Below are positions 1 to 11,192 of a stretch of 64,000 bases of DNA, piece after piece. The notes below the pieces were generated by a model, which saw only the letters and a list, made by a program, of their open reading frames with translations, made no database searches and was not told where the DNA came from. The stretch's first letter is position 1, and each line of letters begins with the position of its first letter. Source of the stretch: Planctomycetota bacterium (GTDB taxonomy: Bacteria; Planctomycetota; UBA1135; UBA2386); assembly GCA_947501605.1 (NCBI GenBank), contig CANMWZ010000014.1, forward strand, positions 1 through 64,000, written 5' to 3'. Position numbers and translations under genes: made by a program.

Positions 1-2
1 AG

Positions 3-620
3 CTGCTCGTGGGCCACGACGAGTGGATGCTCCGGCGTGACCGCACGCTGCGGCGGCTCTACCTCGATCGACTGCGCGAACGAGTGCAGCAGAACGGCGG
101 TTCGGTACACGGCGACGGACTACCGTTCTTGCTGCTGGTGGACATCAAACGCGATGGCGAGTCCGTGCTGCGGGCGTTGGACGAGGTCCTGCCCGAGTAC
201 GCGCCGATGCTCACTCGCTTCTTGGGCGACCAGATCGAACCAGGCGCGGTGACGATCGTGTTGTCGGGCGACCGGCCCCGAGCGGCGGTTGCTGCGCGCC
301 CGACTCGCTACGTCGCCATCGACGGTCGCATTCAGGATCTCGACGATGGCACGAACGTGGCGTTGGTGCCGCTGGTCAGCGAGGCATGGTCGCGCCACTT
401 CGAGTGGGACGCGGTCGACGAAATGCCCCAACCAGAGCGTGCCGCGCTGTGCGCGCTGGTCATGCGCGCTCGCAAGCAGGGCTGCATGCTGCGATTCTGG
501 GGCGCGCCGGATCGGCCTTTGGCCTGGGCCGCGCTGCGCGAACTGGGCGTCACCTGGATCAACACCGATCGCCTCCGCGACTACGCCGCCTGGTCCGCCG
601 AGCAACCAGACCGCCGTTGA
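3..620 (+). CDS. PI-PLC/glycerophosphodiester phosphodiesterase-like protein (AIM6-like), 5'-truncated by window edge
   Basis: LLVGHD..., RTLxxLYLD, LLVDIK, RFWGAPD and GVTWINTD motifs of the PLC-like phosphodiesterase TIM barrel; frame open from window start. Confidence 0.65.
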   Translation: MLVGHDEWMLRRDRTLRRLYLDRLRERVQQNGGSVHGDGLPFLLLVDIKRDGESVLRALDEVLPEYAPMLTRFLGDQIEPGAVTIVLSGDRPRAAVAARPTRYVAIDGRIQDLDDGTNVALVPLVSEAWSRHFEWDAVDEMPQPERAALCALVMRARKQGCMLRFWGAPDRPLAWAALRELGVTWINTDRLRDYAAWSAEQPDRR

Positions 621-630
621 CCAACGATGG

Positions 631-1932
631 TCACGGCCGCACGAACACTTCGCCGGCCTTCATCACGAACTCGACGTGGGCCAACACGCCGGAGTCGCGT
701 AGCGGGTCGCCGCTGACGGCCACGAGGTCCGCGAGCAGTCCCACCGCGATCTGGCCGCGGTCGTCCTTCTGCAGCAGTTCGCAGGCGCGGGTTGTCGCAG
801 TCCGGATGGCATCGATCGGTGCCATTCCGAGCTTCTGGTAGACCTGGAACTCGCGGCCGTTGTGCCCGTGCGGGATCACCGCCGCATCCGTGCCAAACGC
901 GATCTTGACGCCGCTGTCGATGGCAAGCTTGAGATTGCGTCGTGCGAGCGGCAGCACGAAGCGAGCCTTGCGCTGCAATTGCTCCGGCAACTTGTCGAGG
1001 TCAATGGCCTCGGCCAGATAACTCGTCGGCACCAGAAAGGTGCCGCGCCGCACCATCTCGTCGGCGATACCAGGCGTCATCATCGAACCGTGCTCGATCG
1101 AAGCAACGCCGGCCCGAATCGCCTGCAAGATGCCCTCCTCACCGTGCGCGTGGGCCGCAACGCGCACGCCGTGGCGTGTGGCTTCCTCGACGATCGCCTC
1201 CATCTCCTGCTGCGAGAACTGCTGGTTACCCACCGGCCCCTCGAACGACAGCACGCCCGCAGTGGCGCAGATCTTGATCCACTGGGCGCCATGCTTGATC
1301 TGGTAGCGCACTGCCTTGACACACTCGTCGGCGCCGTCGGCGATGCCGGCCTCGATGCCCTTCTCCTGCACGCCAGGCGCAAACCCGGTTTCATCGGCGT
1401 GGCCACCGGTGATGCCCAGCGAGTGGCCGGCGGGGATCACATGCGGCCCAGGTACAAAGCCCCGATCGATCGCGCGCATCAGAGCAACGTCAGCAAACCC
1501 GCGCGCACCCACGTTGCGCACCGTGGTGAAGCCGGCTGCAAGCGTGAGCCGCGCATTCTTGGCGCCCCGCAGAGCATCATCCGCAGCGGTCGTGCGCGCC
1601 GAGAGGTAGAAGTCACCTTCGAGGTCCCCGGTCAAGTGCACGTGGCAGTCGATGAAACCCGGCAGCAGTGTGCGGTCACCGAGATCGACGACCACAGCAC
1701 CGTCTGGCAGCGACACGTCACCGAGACTGGCGATCCGCCCGTCGCGAACGACGACTACCGCCGGCTCGACGTAGGCCCCCGTGGCGACGTCGACATAGCG
1801 CGCGGCGCGAAGGACCACGATCGAGGGCTTCGCCGCTGACTCCGGTGCGAACTCTGCTCCCGAAGCTCGCGCCTCACCCTGAGCGAGGGCCGAGGAAACG
1901 ACAAGAACGACCGCGGCGGCTTCCGTGCGCAT
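631..1932 (-). CDS. Secreted metal-dependent amidohydrolase (Xaa-Pro dipeptidase-like)
   Basis: PGFIDCHVH, GFTTVRNVG, IKICATAG, AAHAHG, SIEHG, FGTDA motifs; signal-peptide-like N-terminus from ATG 1932. Confidence 0.85.
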   Translation of the reverse strand: MRTEAAAVVLVVSSALAQGEARASGAEFAPESAAKPSIVVLRAARYVDVATGAYVEPAVVVVRDGRIASLGDVSLPDGAVVVDLGDRTLLPGFIDCHVHLTGDLEGDFYLSARTTAADDALRGAKNARLTLAAGFTTVRNVGARGFADVALMRAIDRGFVPGPHVIPAGHSLGITGGHADETGFAPGVQEKGIEAGIADGADECVKAVRYQIKHGAQWIKICATAGVLSFEGPVGNQQFSQQEMEAIVEEATRHGVRVAAHAHGEEGILQAIRAGVASIEHGSMMTPGIADEMVRRGTFLVPTSYLAEAIDLDKLPEQLQRKARFVLPLARRNLKLAIDSGVKIAFGTDAAVIPHGHNGREFQVYQKLGMAPIDAIRTATTRACELLQKDDRGQIAVGLLADLVAVSGDPLRDSGVLAHVEFVMKAGEVFVRP

Positions 1933-2160
1933 TGCCGGATGATGCGGGCGCGCGCGCGAAATGCCACCGGCGTGGAGCGCAGGCTGAGGAACGGACGGCA
2001 TGGGGAAGAGCCCATCCTGCCGAGCCGACGAAGGAGCCGTTCCTCCGTGGGCTGCGATCAGACCCGACCTACGGCAGTCGCCATCCTGCGCGATGCCATT
2101 CGACCGCGCTCACCGCTGCGTTCGCTTGCGCCGCCGCGCACGCACGGACACGATCGCCAC

Positions 2161-3915
2161 ATGGCATCGACGACCGAGCGCACCCTCAGCACGGCGACCG
2201 TGCACTCGAGGCGGACGAGCGGCGAGCTGGCTGCCAGGATCGCCCTCGCTGCCCTTGTCGCCACCGTCTTTGCGCGGGGACTCGGCGGCGATTTCCTCTA
2301 CGACGACCTCGCGCTGATCGCCCGCAATCCTGGGCTGCACGACCCTGCTGACCTCGCCGGTCTGTGGTCGCGCCCGCTGTGGGGCCAACAGCTCGGTCAC
2401 TTCCGCCCGCTTACGGCGCAGTTGCTGGCGATCGGCTGGTGGTTCGGCGATGGCGCAGCCTTTGGCATCCATGCGATTGCGCTCAGCATGCACGTGTGGG
2501 CCTTCTTCGGCGCGGCGAGACTCGTGCGCGAGCTCGGCATCGGCGTCGCGGCGGCGCTGGTCACAGCGACCTGCTTCGCGCTACACCCGAGCAACGCCGA
2601 AGCAGTCTGTTGGTCTGCCGCGCTCAATGACGTGATGGTCGGTGCGTTCGCAATCCACGGGCTCAGCGCCTGGCTGCGATGGCGGCGGAATGGAAACTCC
2701 GGTGCTCGGATCGCGGCGCTCGCGTGCGCGGCTGCGGCGATGCTCAGCAAAGAGCCAGGTGTGTTCGTGCCCGCGCTCTACCTCGCGTCCGACTTGGCGC
2801 TCGGCCGCGGGCGCCAAGCAGCGCTGCGAGCCGCCCCACTGCTCCTCGTCCTCGTCACCGCGTGGCTCGCCTTGCGCATGCTGGTCTTCGGCGAAGTCGG
2901 AGCTGGCTTTGATCGCACGACCTATGTGCATGAGGGCAGCGGCATCAGCAACGCAATCGCCGTCGGTGCGAGCCTGGTTCATCGCCTGCTGTGGCCCGTG
3001 TCTCTCTGCATGTTCGACCAGCTGACCGCGCTCTCGACGCTGCCGACACTCGTGTTCGCGTTGCTGCTCCTCGCGCTCGTGATGCTCTGGCGGCACATCT
3101 CTGGACCATCGCGACTCGGGCTGCTTCTGGTGGCTGCCAGCGTGCTGCCACCAATGCTCACAGTCGCCAACCTCGGTCCCTATCCGATCGCCGATCGCTA
3201 CCTGTATCTCGCGACGCTTGGGCTCGCGTTGCTTGTTGGGGATTCACTCGCTCGCGTACGACGTGGGCCAGCCCTGATGACCGCGCTGCTCGCACTGCCG
3301 TTTTGCGCCATGACGGCCTTGCGGGTACCGATGTTCGGCGATCAGAAGACCTTCGTCGAACGCTCGCTGTCGCGCTACCCGGAGGACGCGCGGCTCCACT
3401 ACATGTACGGGACCGTGCTGCTGGAACAGGCCGAACGCGGCGATGCGACAATGGCACCGGCCGCTGCGGCAGCGTTCCGCGCGGCTCGCCAGCATCTCGG
3501 CAACGACCTGCTGCGACAGGACCATCTGGCGGCACTGCGCCGCGATGTCGCGATCGCACTTGCGTGGTGCACGATGCGCGAGCCGACCGCAAGCGGGCAG
3601 CCAGACTGGCTCCGCGTCGAGCGCGAGTTCGTCGCAGTCACCAACAATTGGCCGGATCGCGCCGACGGCTTCACCGGGCTTGGTGTCGCGCGCGCCGCAA
3701 CCGGTCGCCTCGAGCTCGCCGAACTGGACCTTCGACGCGCGATCGGACTCGATCCGGGCACATCTGCCGCACACCACAATCTCGCGCGAGTGCTGTACGC
3801 CAGGGGCAACCGGGAAGCAGCGAGGGAGCACCTGCTCGAGGCAATTCGAATCCGACCAGACGATGCGGCCTCGAGTGCACTGCTCCTGCAGTTGGAACGG
3901 GAAGGCGTGCGCTGA
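2161..3915 (+). CDS. TMTC-like GT-C membrane glycosyltransferase with C-terminal TPRs
   Basis: FLYDD acidic loop, [18 protein letters not shown] and ADRYLY motifs; many TM segments; TPR-like [10 protein letters not shown]...PDD. Confidence 0.75.
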   Translation: MASTTERTLSTATVHSRRTSGELAARIALAALVATVFARGLGGDFLYDDLALIARNPGLHDPADLAGLWSRPLWGQQLGHFRPLTAQLLAIGWWFGDGAAFGIHAIALSMHVWAFFGAARLVRELGIGVAAALVTATCFALHPSNAEAVCWSAALNDVMVGAFAIHGLSAWLRWRRNGNSGARIAALACAAAAMLSKEPGVFVPALYLASDLALGRGRQAALRAAPLLLVLVTAWLALRMLVFGEVGAGFDRTTYVHEGSGISNAIAVGASLVHRLLWPVSLCMFDQLTALSTLPTLVFALLLLALVMLWRHISGPSRLGLLLVAASVLPPMLTVANLGPYPIADRYLYLATLGLALLVGDSLARVRRGPALMTALLALPFCAMTALRVPMFGDQKTFVERSLSRYPEDARLHYMYGTVLLEQAERGDATMAPAAAAAFRAARQHLGNDLLRQDHLAALRRDVAIALAWCTMREPTASGQPDWLRVEREFVAVTNNWPDRADGFTGLGVARAATGRLELAELDLRRAIGLDPGTSAAHHNLARVLYARGNREAAREHLLEAIRIRPDDAASSALLLQLEREGVR

Positions 3916-4018
3916 AGACCGCGAGGCGGCGACGGGCTGCGGCTCGCCTCCGAAACCCTCAGGTGCGACCGGCTCGGGAGCCGACCAACGTTGCGTCGGC
4001 AACTCCCCTTCGCACCGC

Positions 4019-5161
4019 ATGCTCGTCCCCCGCCCACCCACGCCTGCTCTCCCGCCCTTGCCCCCCGGCCGGCGGAAGCGCCTCGGCGTAGCGATCGTCA
4101 CTGGCAGTTCGGGCCTCATCGGCTCGGCCTCGGTGCGACGGTTCCATGCGCTCGGCTACCGCGTGGTCGGAATCGACAATGACCTGCGCGGCTGGTTCTT
4201 CGGCAGCGAGGCCTCGACAACCTGGAACCGAGACCGCCTGCGCGAGGAGCTCCCGGCCTTCGACCACCGTGCCATCGACATCCGTGACGATCGGGCGGTG
4301 GATGCGGTGTTCGCTGAGCACGGTGCCAGCATCGAACTCGTGATCCACTGCGCCGCGCAACCATCGCACGACTGGGCAGCTCGCGATCCCAAGACCGACT
4401 TCGCGGTCAACGCCGTCGGCACCATGGTGCTGCTCGAGGCTACTCGACGGCACTGCCCGCGGGCGTCGTTCGTGTTCACGTCGACCAACAAGGTCTACGG
4501 CGACACCGCCAACCGATTGCCGCTGATCGAGGGCGCCACACGGTTCGAACTTGACGCGAGCCACGAGTACCACGAGCACGGCATCGACGAGCGCATGAGC
4601 ATCGATCAGACGCTGCACTCGCTGTTCGGTGTCTCCAAGCTCGCCGCCGATGTGATGGTGCAGGAGTACGGTCGCTACTTCGACATGAACACCGTCGTGT
4701 TCCGCGGCGGCTGCCTCACCGGACCCGGCCATTCAGGTACCGCGCTGCACGGGTTCTTGGCGTTCCTGATGCAGTGCACCCGAGACGGCACGAACTACGT
4801 GGTGCACGGCCACCGGGGCAAACAAGTCCGAGACAACATCCACTGCGACGATCTGGTCGCCTGCTTCGAACACTTCGCTGCGGCCCCGCGCAGAGGGCAG
4901 GTCTACAACATCGGCGGCGGTCGCTATTCGAACTGCTCCATGCTCGAGGCCATAGAGCTGTGCGAGCAGATCGCCGACAAGAAGCTCCATTGGACCTACC
5001 AGGGCACGGAGCGTACCGGTGACCACCGCTGGTGGATCAGCGACGTACGCCAGTTCCGATCGCACTACCCGAACTGGGACTATCGCCATTCGCTGCGGGA
5101 GACGCTCTCGCAGATCCATGACGAGCTCTCGCTCCGCGCCAGAACCGCCATCGGCGGATGA
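4019..5161 (+). CDS. NAD-dependent sugar epimerase (CDP-paratose 2-epimerase/RfbE-like)
   Basis: TGSSGLIG Rossmann motif, [31 protein letters not shown]. Confidence 0.85.
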   Translation: MLVPRPPTPALPPLPPGRRKRLGVAIVTGSSGLIGSASVRRFHALGYRVVGIDNDLRGWFFGSEASTTWNRDRLREELPAFDHRAIDIRDDRAVDAVFAEHGASIELVIHCAAQPSHDWAARDPKTDFAVNAVGTMVLLEATRRHCPRASFVFTSTNKVYGDTANRLPLIEGATRFELDASHEYHEHGIDERMSIDQTLHSLFGVSKLAADVMVQEYGRYFDMNTVVFRGGCLTGPGHSGTALHGFLAFLMQCTRDGTNYVVHGHRGKQVRDNIHCDDLVACFEHFAAAPRRGQVYNIGGGRYSNCSMLEAIELCEQIADKKLHWTYQGTERTGDHRWWISDVRQFRSHYPNWDYRHSLRETLSQIHDELSLRARTAIGG

Positions 5162-6987
5162 GCGCGATGGCCGCGCCACGCAGCGCACTATGCTCCCCCG
5201 TCATGCCAGCCGATCGCCCCGACTCCAAGATCCTGTCGCTCGCACTGCTACTGCAAGGCTGCGCGACCGGAGTTGCTGACGCGCCGCAGGCACCTGCGCC
5301 AGCGATACCACAGCATCCACTGGTGGCGGAGTCGATTGGCGTGGAGCGCATTCTCTCTCTGGCGCACCCCAGCTGCGCCGGCCACTTCGGCGTCGACGTG
5401 CTGCGTCGACCGCGGCTCGACGAGCAGCTCGGCGAGACTCGCGATGACTGGCTGTTCGCGATCGCCGGCGGTCCCGCCTGCATGGCCGCCCTGGTCGATG
5501 ATCAGTGGAACGTGAAGGCAACCGTCGCGTGGCCCACAACCGGCCAGAGCGTTCCGTGGTCCGACGTCAAGCTCTACCGTCACATCGACGCAAAGGGGCA
5601 AGCCCGCGACTTCGTCTACTACTGTTCGCGCGGCACGCCGCTGCTCGAGATCACCGAGGTCACGAACTTCCCCGAGATCAAGACCGTGACGATGCCGATC
5701 GACCCCGGCGTTCCGGTCAAGGTGCACGGCGCGCACACGCTACAGATTCACCAAGAACGCGGCGTGCTGGTGCTCAACGGCGTGCACGTCGAGGCCGAGC
5801 CGATGCCAGCGCCGCTGACCCCAGCAGCTGCTCCGGCGCTGTTCTACGACCTCACGAAGGACCCACTGCAGCCGCAGCGCGTATCGATGTACGTCGGCCC
5901 GGACGCCGGCGATCAGACTCTCTTTGACAGTCAGTTCCTGACCCTCGACGGCAAGGACGTATGGGCGCCCACGATCGCCCAACCTCTGCGCAACGCGCAG
6001 TCGTACTTCGCCTTCTACGAGTTTGTGTCCGCCGAGAAGATGACGACGCAGCCCCGGCTCGCGTACTACGCCGGTCCGGCCACGGGGTCGTTCCACAACG
6101 TCGTGCAGCTCTTGCCCACTCCCGATGGGAAGCAGCGGCTCGCGGCAGGCTTCGAGGCCTGGGCGTACGCCGCGACCAAGCCCGAGCAGATCATCTCGAA
6201 GTGCGGCATTCTCGACTTCACCGCGTTGATGTCAGCGGAGATGCCAGAGCTCGTTGCCTGGCTCGTGGACGACAACAATCGCAAGCACGCCACGCACAAC
6301 CCTGCGTTCCGCATGGCCGAGCACAAGAGTCACACCTACGACACGATTCCGCTCGCACACTTCACCGGCGGCTACCGCATCTACCAATGCCGCGACGACC
6401 AAGCGAGCGTCTCACAGATCGCATTCGTGCCGCTGGCGACGCAGTTCCCAGGTGAAGGCGGCGGACGGAAGAACCCGCGGATGAACATTGGCGAGTGGCT
6501 CAAGGTCTACAACGGCGCGTGGGACGTGGTGGCGACGCCAATCGGCGACCTGTGCAGTTCGACTGACCGCGAAGCGTCGTTCTTGATCGAACCGACCTGG
6601 GGCTTCGTGCGGCAGTTCGGCACCTACATCGCACGCGACAGCGTCCCGCCTCGACTGTGGGTCGTGACCGGCGTGCCCGAAGCAGGGCAGCCGATGCGTA
6701 TCGGCATGTCTGGCGTGAAGCCAGGAGATCACGTGCGATTGCTGGTCGCGACCAGAGCGCATGACGTTGCGGTGAAGGACAGCCTGCTTGGCGCGATGTG
6801 GTGCGATCGCACAGCCACCGTCGCAGAACTCGAAGGCACGGCAACCAGCACGACCCACGAGTTCACGCTCGGTCAGGCGCCGAAGGCAGCCCAACTCTGG
6901 ATGGTCGCATCGGTCGACCGCGAGGACGGCAGCGGCATCGTCGCCAAGTCGCCGACTACGACCGTGCGCGTTCGCGACGCGCAGTGA
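5158..6987 (+). CDS. Lipoprotein resembling choice-of-anchor B/LVIVD beta-propeller proteins, with degenerate C-terminal domain
   Basis: Lipobox [34 protein letters not shown] and NGAWDV match His-rich choice-of-anchor B blades; ATGA overlap with epimerase stop (start could also be 5167 or 5203). Confidence 0.55.
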   Translation: MSAMAAPRSALCSPVMPADRPDSKILSLALLLQGCATGVADAPQAPAPAIPQHPLVAESIGVERILSLAHPSCAGHFGVDVLRRPRLDEQLGETRDDWLFAIAGGPACMAALVDDQWNVKATVAWPTTGQSVPWSDVKLYRHIDAKGQARDFVYYCSRGTPLLEITEVTNFPEIKTVTMPIDPGVPVKVHGAHTLQIHQERGVLVLNGVHVEAEPMPAPLTPAAAPALFYDLTKDPLQPQRVSMYVGPDAGDQTLFDSQFLTLDGKDVWAPTIAQPLRNAQSYFAFYEFVSAEKMTTQPRLAYYAGPATGSFHNVVQLLPTPDGKQRLAAGFEAWAYAATKPEQIISKCGILDFTALMSAEMPELVAWLVDDNNRKHATHNPAFRMAEHKSHTYDTIPLAHFTGGYRIYQCRDDQASVSQIAFVPLATQFPGEGGGRKNPRMNIGEWLKVYNGAWDVVATPIGDLCSSTDREASFLIEPTWGFVRQFGTYIARDSVPPRLWVVTGVPEAGQPMRIGMSGVKPGDHVRLLVATRAHDVAVKDSLLGAMWCDRTATVAELEGTATSTTHEFTLGQAPKAAQLWMVASVDREDGSGIVAKSPTTTVRVRDAQ

Positions 6988-7000
6988 GTCTGCGCCGGCC

Positions 7001-7720
7001 TCAGAGGCCAAGCTCGCGCGCCAGTTCCGCCAACATCGGCGGCACCTCGACCGCCGCGCGCCCCACCACGAAGCGATCCCGTGGATCGAGATTCGATGGC
7101 TCTTCGAGTGCCTGGACGTACGTCGTTGCTCCGCGTCCGCGCGCCGCACCGAGTAGCCCCGCAGCTGGCCAGACGTTGCCACTGGTGCCGATCGCCAGGA
7201 AGTGCGTACAGGTGCTCATCGCCGCCTCGATCTCAGCGAGAAAGTACGGCGCTTCGCCAAACCAAACGATGTCGGGGCGCAGCGCCTCATGCCCGCAGGC
7301 TGCGCACGGCGAGAACTGCGCCGGGTCGACGTGGTCCAGATCTCGCACTCGCGCCCCGCAGCGTTCGCAACGCAGCGATGCGAGTTCGCCGTGCATCGGC
7401 AGCGCCACACTGCCGGCGCGGGCGTGCAGGTCGTCGACGTTCTGCGTGATCAGCATGAACCTCACGCCGCTGCGCGCGCAACGGGTCGCAAATGTCGCAA
7501 GCGCGCGATGCGCCGCGTTGGGCTGGACCGTGGCCAGCTGCGCTCGACGCTTCTGGTAGAAGCGCCAGACCATCGCGCGGTCCCGCGTCCAAGCCTCTGG
7601 TGTGGCGACGTCTTCTGGGCGCTGCCCCTCCCACAGACCACCAGCGTCCCGGAATGTGGCGACCCCGGAGTCGGCGGAGACGCCGGCGCCCGTCAGTACA
7701 ACGACGTGGGCACGCATCAT
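7001..7720 (-). CDS. cobB: NAD-dependent protein deacylase (class III sirtuin)
   Basis: TGAGVSADSG.ATFRD, TQNVDDLH, HG, CxxC...CxxC zinc site, RPDIVWFGE, GTSG; FYQKRR YxxR desuccinylase motif. Confidence 0.92.
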   Translation of the reverse strand: MMRAHVVVLTGAGVSADSGVATFRDAGGLWEGQRPEDVATPEAWTRDRAMVWRFYQKRRAQLATVQPNAAHRALATFATRCARSGVRFMLITQNVDDLHARAGSVALPMHGELASLRCERCGARVRDLDHVDPAQFSPCAACGHEALRPDIVWFGEAPYFLAEIEAAMSTCTHFLAIGTSGNVWPAAGLLGAARGRGATTYVQALEEPSNLDPRDRFVVGRAAVEVPPMLAELARELGL

Positions 7721-7733
7721 GCGGAGCCCGCGC

Positions 7734-8594
7734 TCACTTTTTGCCGTCGCTCCTCGGCAGGGGCTTCGGTCCCTGCTTCTTCGTCGGCTTGCTGTCACCC
7801 TTGGCCGCCGCCTTGTCCTCATCCTTCACTGCCTCGCCCTCGCGCTCCTGCACGCAGATCCAAGCACGCACGATGGTGATCGGCTCGCTCGGCTGTTGCA
7901 CATCGCCTTCGCCACCGAGCGCGTCGATCGCCGCGACCACATCCATGCCGGCGACGACTTCGCCGAAGATCGTGTGCTTGCCATCAAGATGCGGTGTCGC
8001 CGCAAACGTCAGAAAGAACTGGGAGCCATCCGTCTTCTCCTTGCCGTCCTCGTTGGCCGTGCTGATCAACCCCGCCTTGTCATGCTTCACGCCGGCGCTG
8101 GTCTCAGCAGCCATCGTGTAGCCCGCATTGCCGGAGCCGCTGCCGTTGGGGCAGCCACCCTGCGCCATGAATCCCTTGATCACGCGATGGAACGTGAGCC
8201 CGTCGTAGAAGCCCGCGCGACTGAGGTAGATCGCACTCGTGCAGTGCATTGGCGCGGCAGTCGGCAACAGCCTGATCCTCAGCTCTCCCTTGTTGGTCGC
8301 GAGATGCCAGAAGTAGTCGTGCGTCTCAAGAAACGTCTGAAGGGGCGGCTCCGACAGCTGCGTGCGCCAGGTGCTCTGCTTGCTGTTGGGAGCGTGCGCT
8401 GCAAGAAACTTGTCAAGCGCGGCGACCACCTTGTCCTTCTTCGTGATCAGGTCGTCCTTCTCGGGCCCCGGGAGTTGCACCTTGGGCGCCTTCTCGCCCT
8501 TCCCTTGCGGCTTCTTGGGTTTCCCGTCCTGGCCCACGAGGGCGGCGACGAACAGCGCCATCACGACCGCGCAACGTGCTCGCAGGATGCTCAT
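7734..8594 (-). CDS. Secreted cyclophilin-type peptidyl-prolyl isomerase
   Basis: FYDGLTFHRVIKGFMAQGGC, GSQFF, HLDGKHTIFG; N-terminal signal peptide. Confidence 0.9.
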   Translation of the reverse strand: MSILRARCAVVMALFVAALVGQDGKPKKPQGKGEKAPKVQLPGPEKDDLITKKDKVVAALDKFLAAHAPNSKQSTWRTQLSEPPLQTFLETHDYFWHLATNKGELRIRLLPTAAPMHCTSAIYLSRAGFYDGLTFHRVIKGFMAQGGCPNGSGSGNAGYTMAAETSAGVKHDKAGLISTANEDGKEKTDGSQFFLTFAATPHLDGKHTIFGEVVAGMDVVAAIDALGGEGDVQQPSEPITIVRAWICVQEREGEAVKDEDKAAAKGDSKPTKKQGPKPLPRSDGKK

Positions 8595-8709
8595 GGCGCC
8601 GAGCGTAGCCAATACTCGTCGGCCCAGAAACGACTCGAGCGGATGACCCGAAGGTCACCCGCTCGATTCGTCGAGCCACTCGGCAAACCGAGCGGCAGGC
8701 ACACTCAGA

Positions 8710-10686
8710 TCAGAACAGATCGAAGTGGATGCAGACCGCGCTCGAAACCAGGATGTTCGCACTGTTGTACGACACCGGGAACCCGGTCGCGAGCTGCGCC
8801 GACTGGGCGTAGAGGTCCACGCCAGCGAACGACGGCGGGATACTCGCCAGGGCAGGCCACGAAGCCGAACCGCCACCGACCAAGGACAGGAAGGACGCGA
8901 TTTCCGGCAGGTTGATCCAGGCGCTGCAACCACCCATGCCGATGCCTGCGAGGTCGATGCCGGGCAGCGACGAGGCGCTGATCAACGTGATGTTGATCGG
9001 AGCCGTTGGGTCGATGTTGTTGGTGTTGATGATCAGCGGAGCGCCCGAGTTCGGACGGTTCGCGAGACTGATCACGGACGGAGCGGCGCCGTCACCCGAG
9101 ACGTAGCCCGGGCCAGCAATCGCGACACTGAGGTCCGGCGCCTGCCGCGGCGTCGCACCCGTGCCCGGATCGGCGGCGCCATTGCCCGGCGTGAAGCCGA
9201 CGAGCAGCGACGAGTTGCCGTTGCGGACCGAGCCGTAGGTCAACTCCACACCACCACCCGCCTGGAGGGTGATCTGGAAGTTGTTGTTGGCGCTGTTGTT
9301 CGCAGTGTTGGGGTACTCGCGGACGCCCGACCACGTGATCGTCACGTAGCTGGCACCGTCCGAGTCAGCAAAAATGTTGCCCGTGCCACCCTGGAACGTG
9401 GACAAGTCGGCGGGCCACAGATCCATGAACGCGCCAGCGATGCTTGGCGGCCCGAGCAGCCAGCCAGCGTAGCCACCGTTGAACGTCAGGCTGGTCGGCG
9501 CGGTGCCGCTGAGCCAGATCGCACCGTTGCTGCCGATCCGAATCGCGGTCGCCGGCACGCCGCCGTCACCCGCGTAGCTGAAGGGGAACGGAAGCGGGTA
9601 GGCAACCGAGACCGAATCGTCCCAATCGCCGAACAGGGCGGCGCCTGGGGCGCCGGTGTTGACTTGCGTCGGGGTCGTCGGACCGAGACCGCTGTAGTAG
9701 AGCGTCGAACCGGGGACGGTGCCGTTGAACGGGAACGTGCTCACGCCCGTGTTGGCGATGTAGTTGTTGCCAACGTTGAACATCGAAATCGCCGAGTTCT
9801 GGAGATCGATCGGGCCACCGTTAACAACGGGGGTCGCAGCAAAGCTCTCGTAGAACGACTGCTTGCGGTCATAGCAACCAACACCATACGGCGTCTGGTA
9901 CGCGAGCTGCGCGCCGAGCGTGTAGGTGATGTTGAAGTTCGGCATGAACGGCGTCGGGGTCGACGCCGGCGACAGGGCGCCGTTGGCGAACGCCGGGCTG
10001 ATGACGCCGGGGTTGCTGATCGTGATGAAGCCGTCCGAGTACGTCGACGGACCTGGCTGGCTGGTCAGGTTGGTGAACAGCGGGTGGATGCGGTCCGTGA
10101 CGGCGTTGGCCGGGATACCCGTGCCTGGCGGCAGCGTCGCGACGCCCTTCGGCACGAAGACGAAGACGACGGCGTAGTTGCCAGCGGCCAAGGCGAGCGG
10201 CGGGTTGAAGGTCGCCGTCGATGGCGTGTCCGGCGCGGCGAACACCAAGTTGCTGACGTGCGTCGCCGCGGTCGACAGATGCGTCCACGGAGCGATCGGT
10301 GGGACCGACGGGTTGTGGGTGTAGGCGTTGGCGGTGAACAGGGCCGGGTTCAGGACCGTGTCGTTCGGCACAACCCAGACTTCGCAGGTGCCATTGGGGG
10401 CGCCGACGAGGTTCGGGCACGGAACGGTGGCGTAGGTGCCGCCGTCATTCAGGAAGTTGGAGCCGACCGCCGTGATGTTGATGTTGGCGTTGACCGCGAG
10501 GTTGCAACGAATCGCAACACCCGGATCGAGGCTGACACCGTACAGAGGAGGCGTCGCCGCCGCGTAGAACGTCGTACCGAAGTACGTCGTCGAGAGGTTC
10601 TGTGCGCCGGTGGGGGCAACGCACTGCGCCGACAATGAGGCGGTAGCAACGGCAATTGCCGTGAGGGAGGCCAGGGTCTTGTGCAT
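8710..10686 (-). CDS. Large secreted Gly/Ser/Thr/Pro/Asn-rich surface protein with nidogen-like middle domain and conserved C-terminal domain
   Basis: Signal peptide MHKTLASLTAIAVATASLSA-Q; YGVGCY, WDD..LPFPF.Y.G..SNG.I; shares middle and C-terminal domains with 59875-61593 and 61815-63542. Confidence 0.75.
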   Translation of the reverse strand: MHKTLASLTAIAVATASLSAQCVAPTGAQNLSTTYFGTTFYAAATPPLYGVSLDPGVAIRCNLAVNANINITAVGSNFLNDGGTYATVPCPNLVGAPNGTCEVWVVPNDTVLNPALFTANAYTHNPSVPPIAPWTHLSTAATHVSNLVFAAPDTPSTATFNPPLALAAGNYAVVFVFVPKGVATLPPGTGIPANAVTDRIHPLFTNLTSQPGPSTYSDGFITISNPGVISPAFANGALSPASTPTPFMPNFNITYTLGAQLAYQTPYGVGCYDRKQSFYESFAATPVVNGGPIDLQNSAISMFNVGNNYIANTGVSTFPFNGTVPGSTLYYSGLGPTTPTQVNTGAPGAALFGDWDDSVSVAYPLPFPFSYAGDGGVPATAIRIGSNGAIWLSGTAPTSLTFNGGYAGWLLGPPSIAGAFMDLWPADLSTFQGGTGNIFADSDGASYVTITWSGVREYPNTANNSANNNFQITLQAGGGVELTYGSVRNGNSSLLVGFTPGNGAADPGTGATPRQAPDLSVAIAGPGYVSGDGAAPSVISLANRPNSGAPLIINTNNIDPTAPINITLISASSLPGIDLAGIGMGGCSAWINLPEIASFLSLVGGGSASWPALASIPPSFAGVDLYAQSAQLATGFPVSYNSANILVSSAVCIHFDLF

Positions 10687-11083
10687 GACTCTTTGGATGG
10701 ATGGATGGAGTGACCGGTGTACGGACCGGTCGGGAGATGCGTGAGAATAGCTGCACCCCTCTAGGAAGAAACCCCTTCAGCAGCAGCTTGACGGTCAGAT
10801 TCTTGTGCGACGTCCCAGATTGGACCGCTTCCGCATCGGCGCAAGGCCATTGGGCGACGGCGGAACACCACGGGCCGCCTCGCGGCGATCGAGCGCACAG
10901 GAAACTGTGCCGGGACGATCCGCCAGTGGTTGCGTGCGGTCTACGGCGATCGCGCCACCCGCCAGGACCGCACTGCTCAGGACGCACGCCGCACAGCGGG
11001 TGAGGCAAGACGATGGCGTCGAAGGAGACTGCATCCTCGCCTGCACCACCAACCGCGGATGCAACCAGACGCGAGACTACAAC

Positions 11084-11185
11084 TCAGCGACGCGTGCTGA
11101 GCACAATCACGAGACCGGCAGCGGCGACGAACAGCAACAGCGCGATCACCACCACCCACCCAGGAAGTCGCTTCGGTTCGCTCAT
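11084..11185 (-). CDS. 33-aa single-pass membrane micropeptide (MSEPKRLPGWVVVIALLLFVAAAGLVIVLSTRR)
   Basis: Translated by hand; ATG lies 7 nt after the lptG stop; clean hydrophobic helix flanked by basic residues; too short for the ORF track. Confidence 0.65.
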   Translation of the reverse strand: MSEPKRLPGWVVVIALLLFVAAAGLVIVLSTRR

Positions 11186-11192
11186 CGCAACC

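Noticed and set aside
7001..7720. Sirtuin as an anti-phage SIR2 effector
   Set aside because: It has all canonical CobB deacylase motifs including the zinc finger and sits in a housekeeping context.
8725..10638. Long antisense ORFs (also 60235-61905, 61674-63629, 32689-34401, 11013-12398, 20644-21849 and others)
   Set aside because: They are shadows of genuine opposite-strand genes in GC-rich DNA; Arg-rich translations without motifs.
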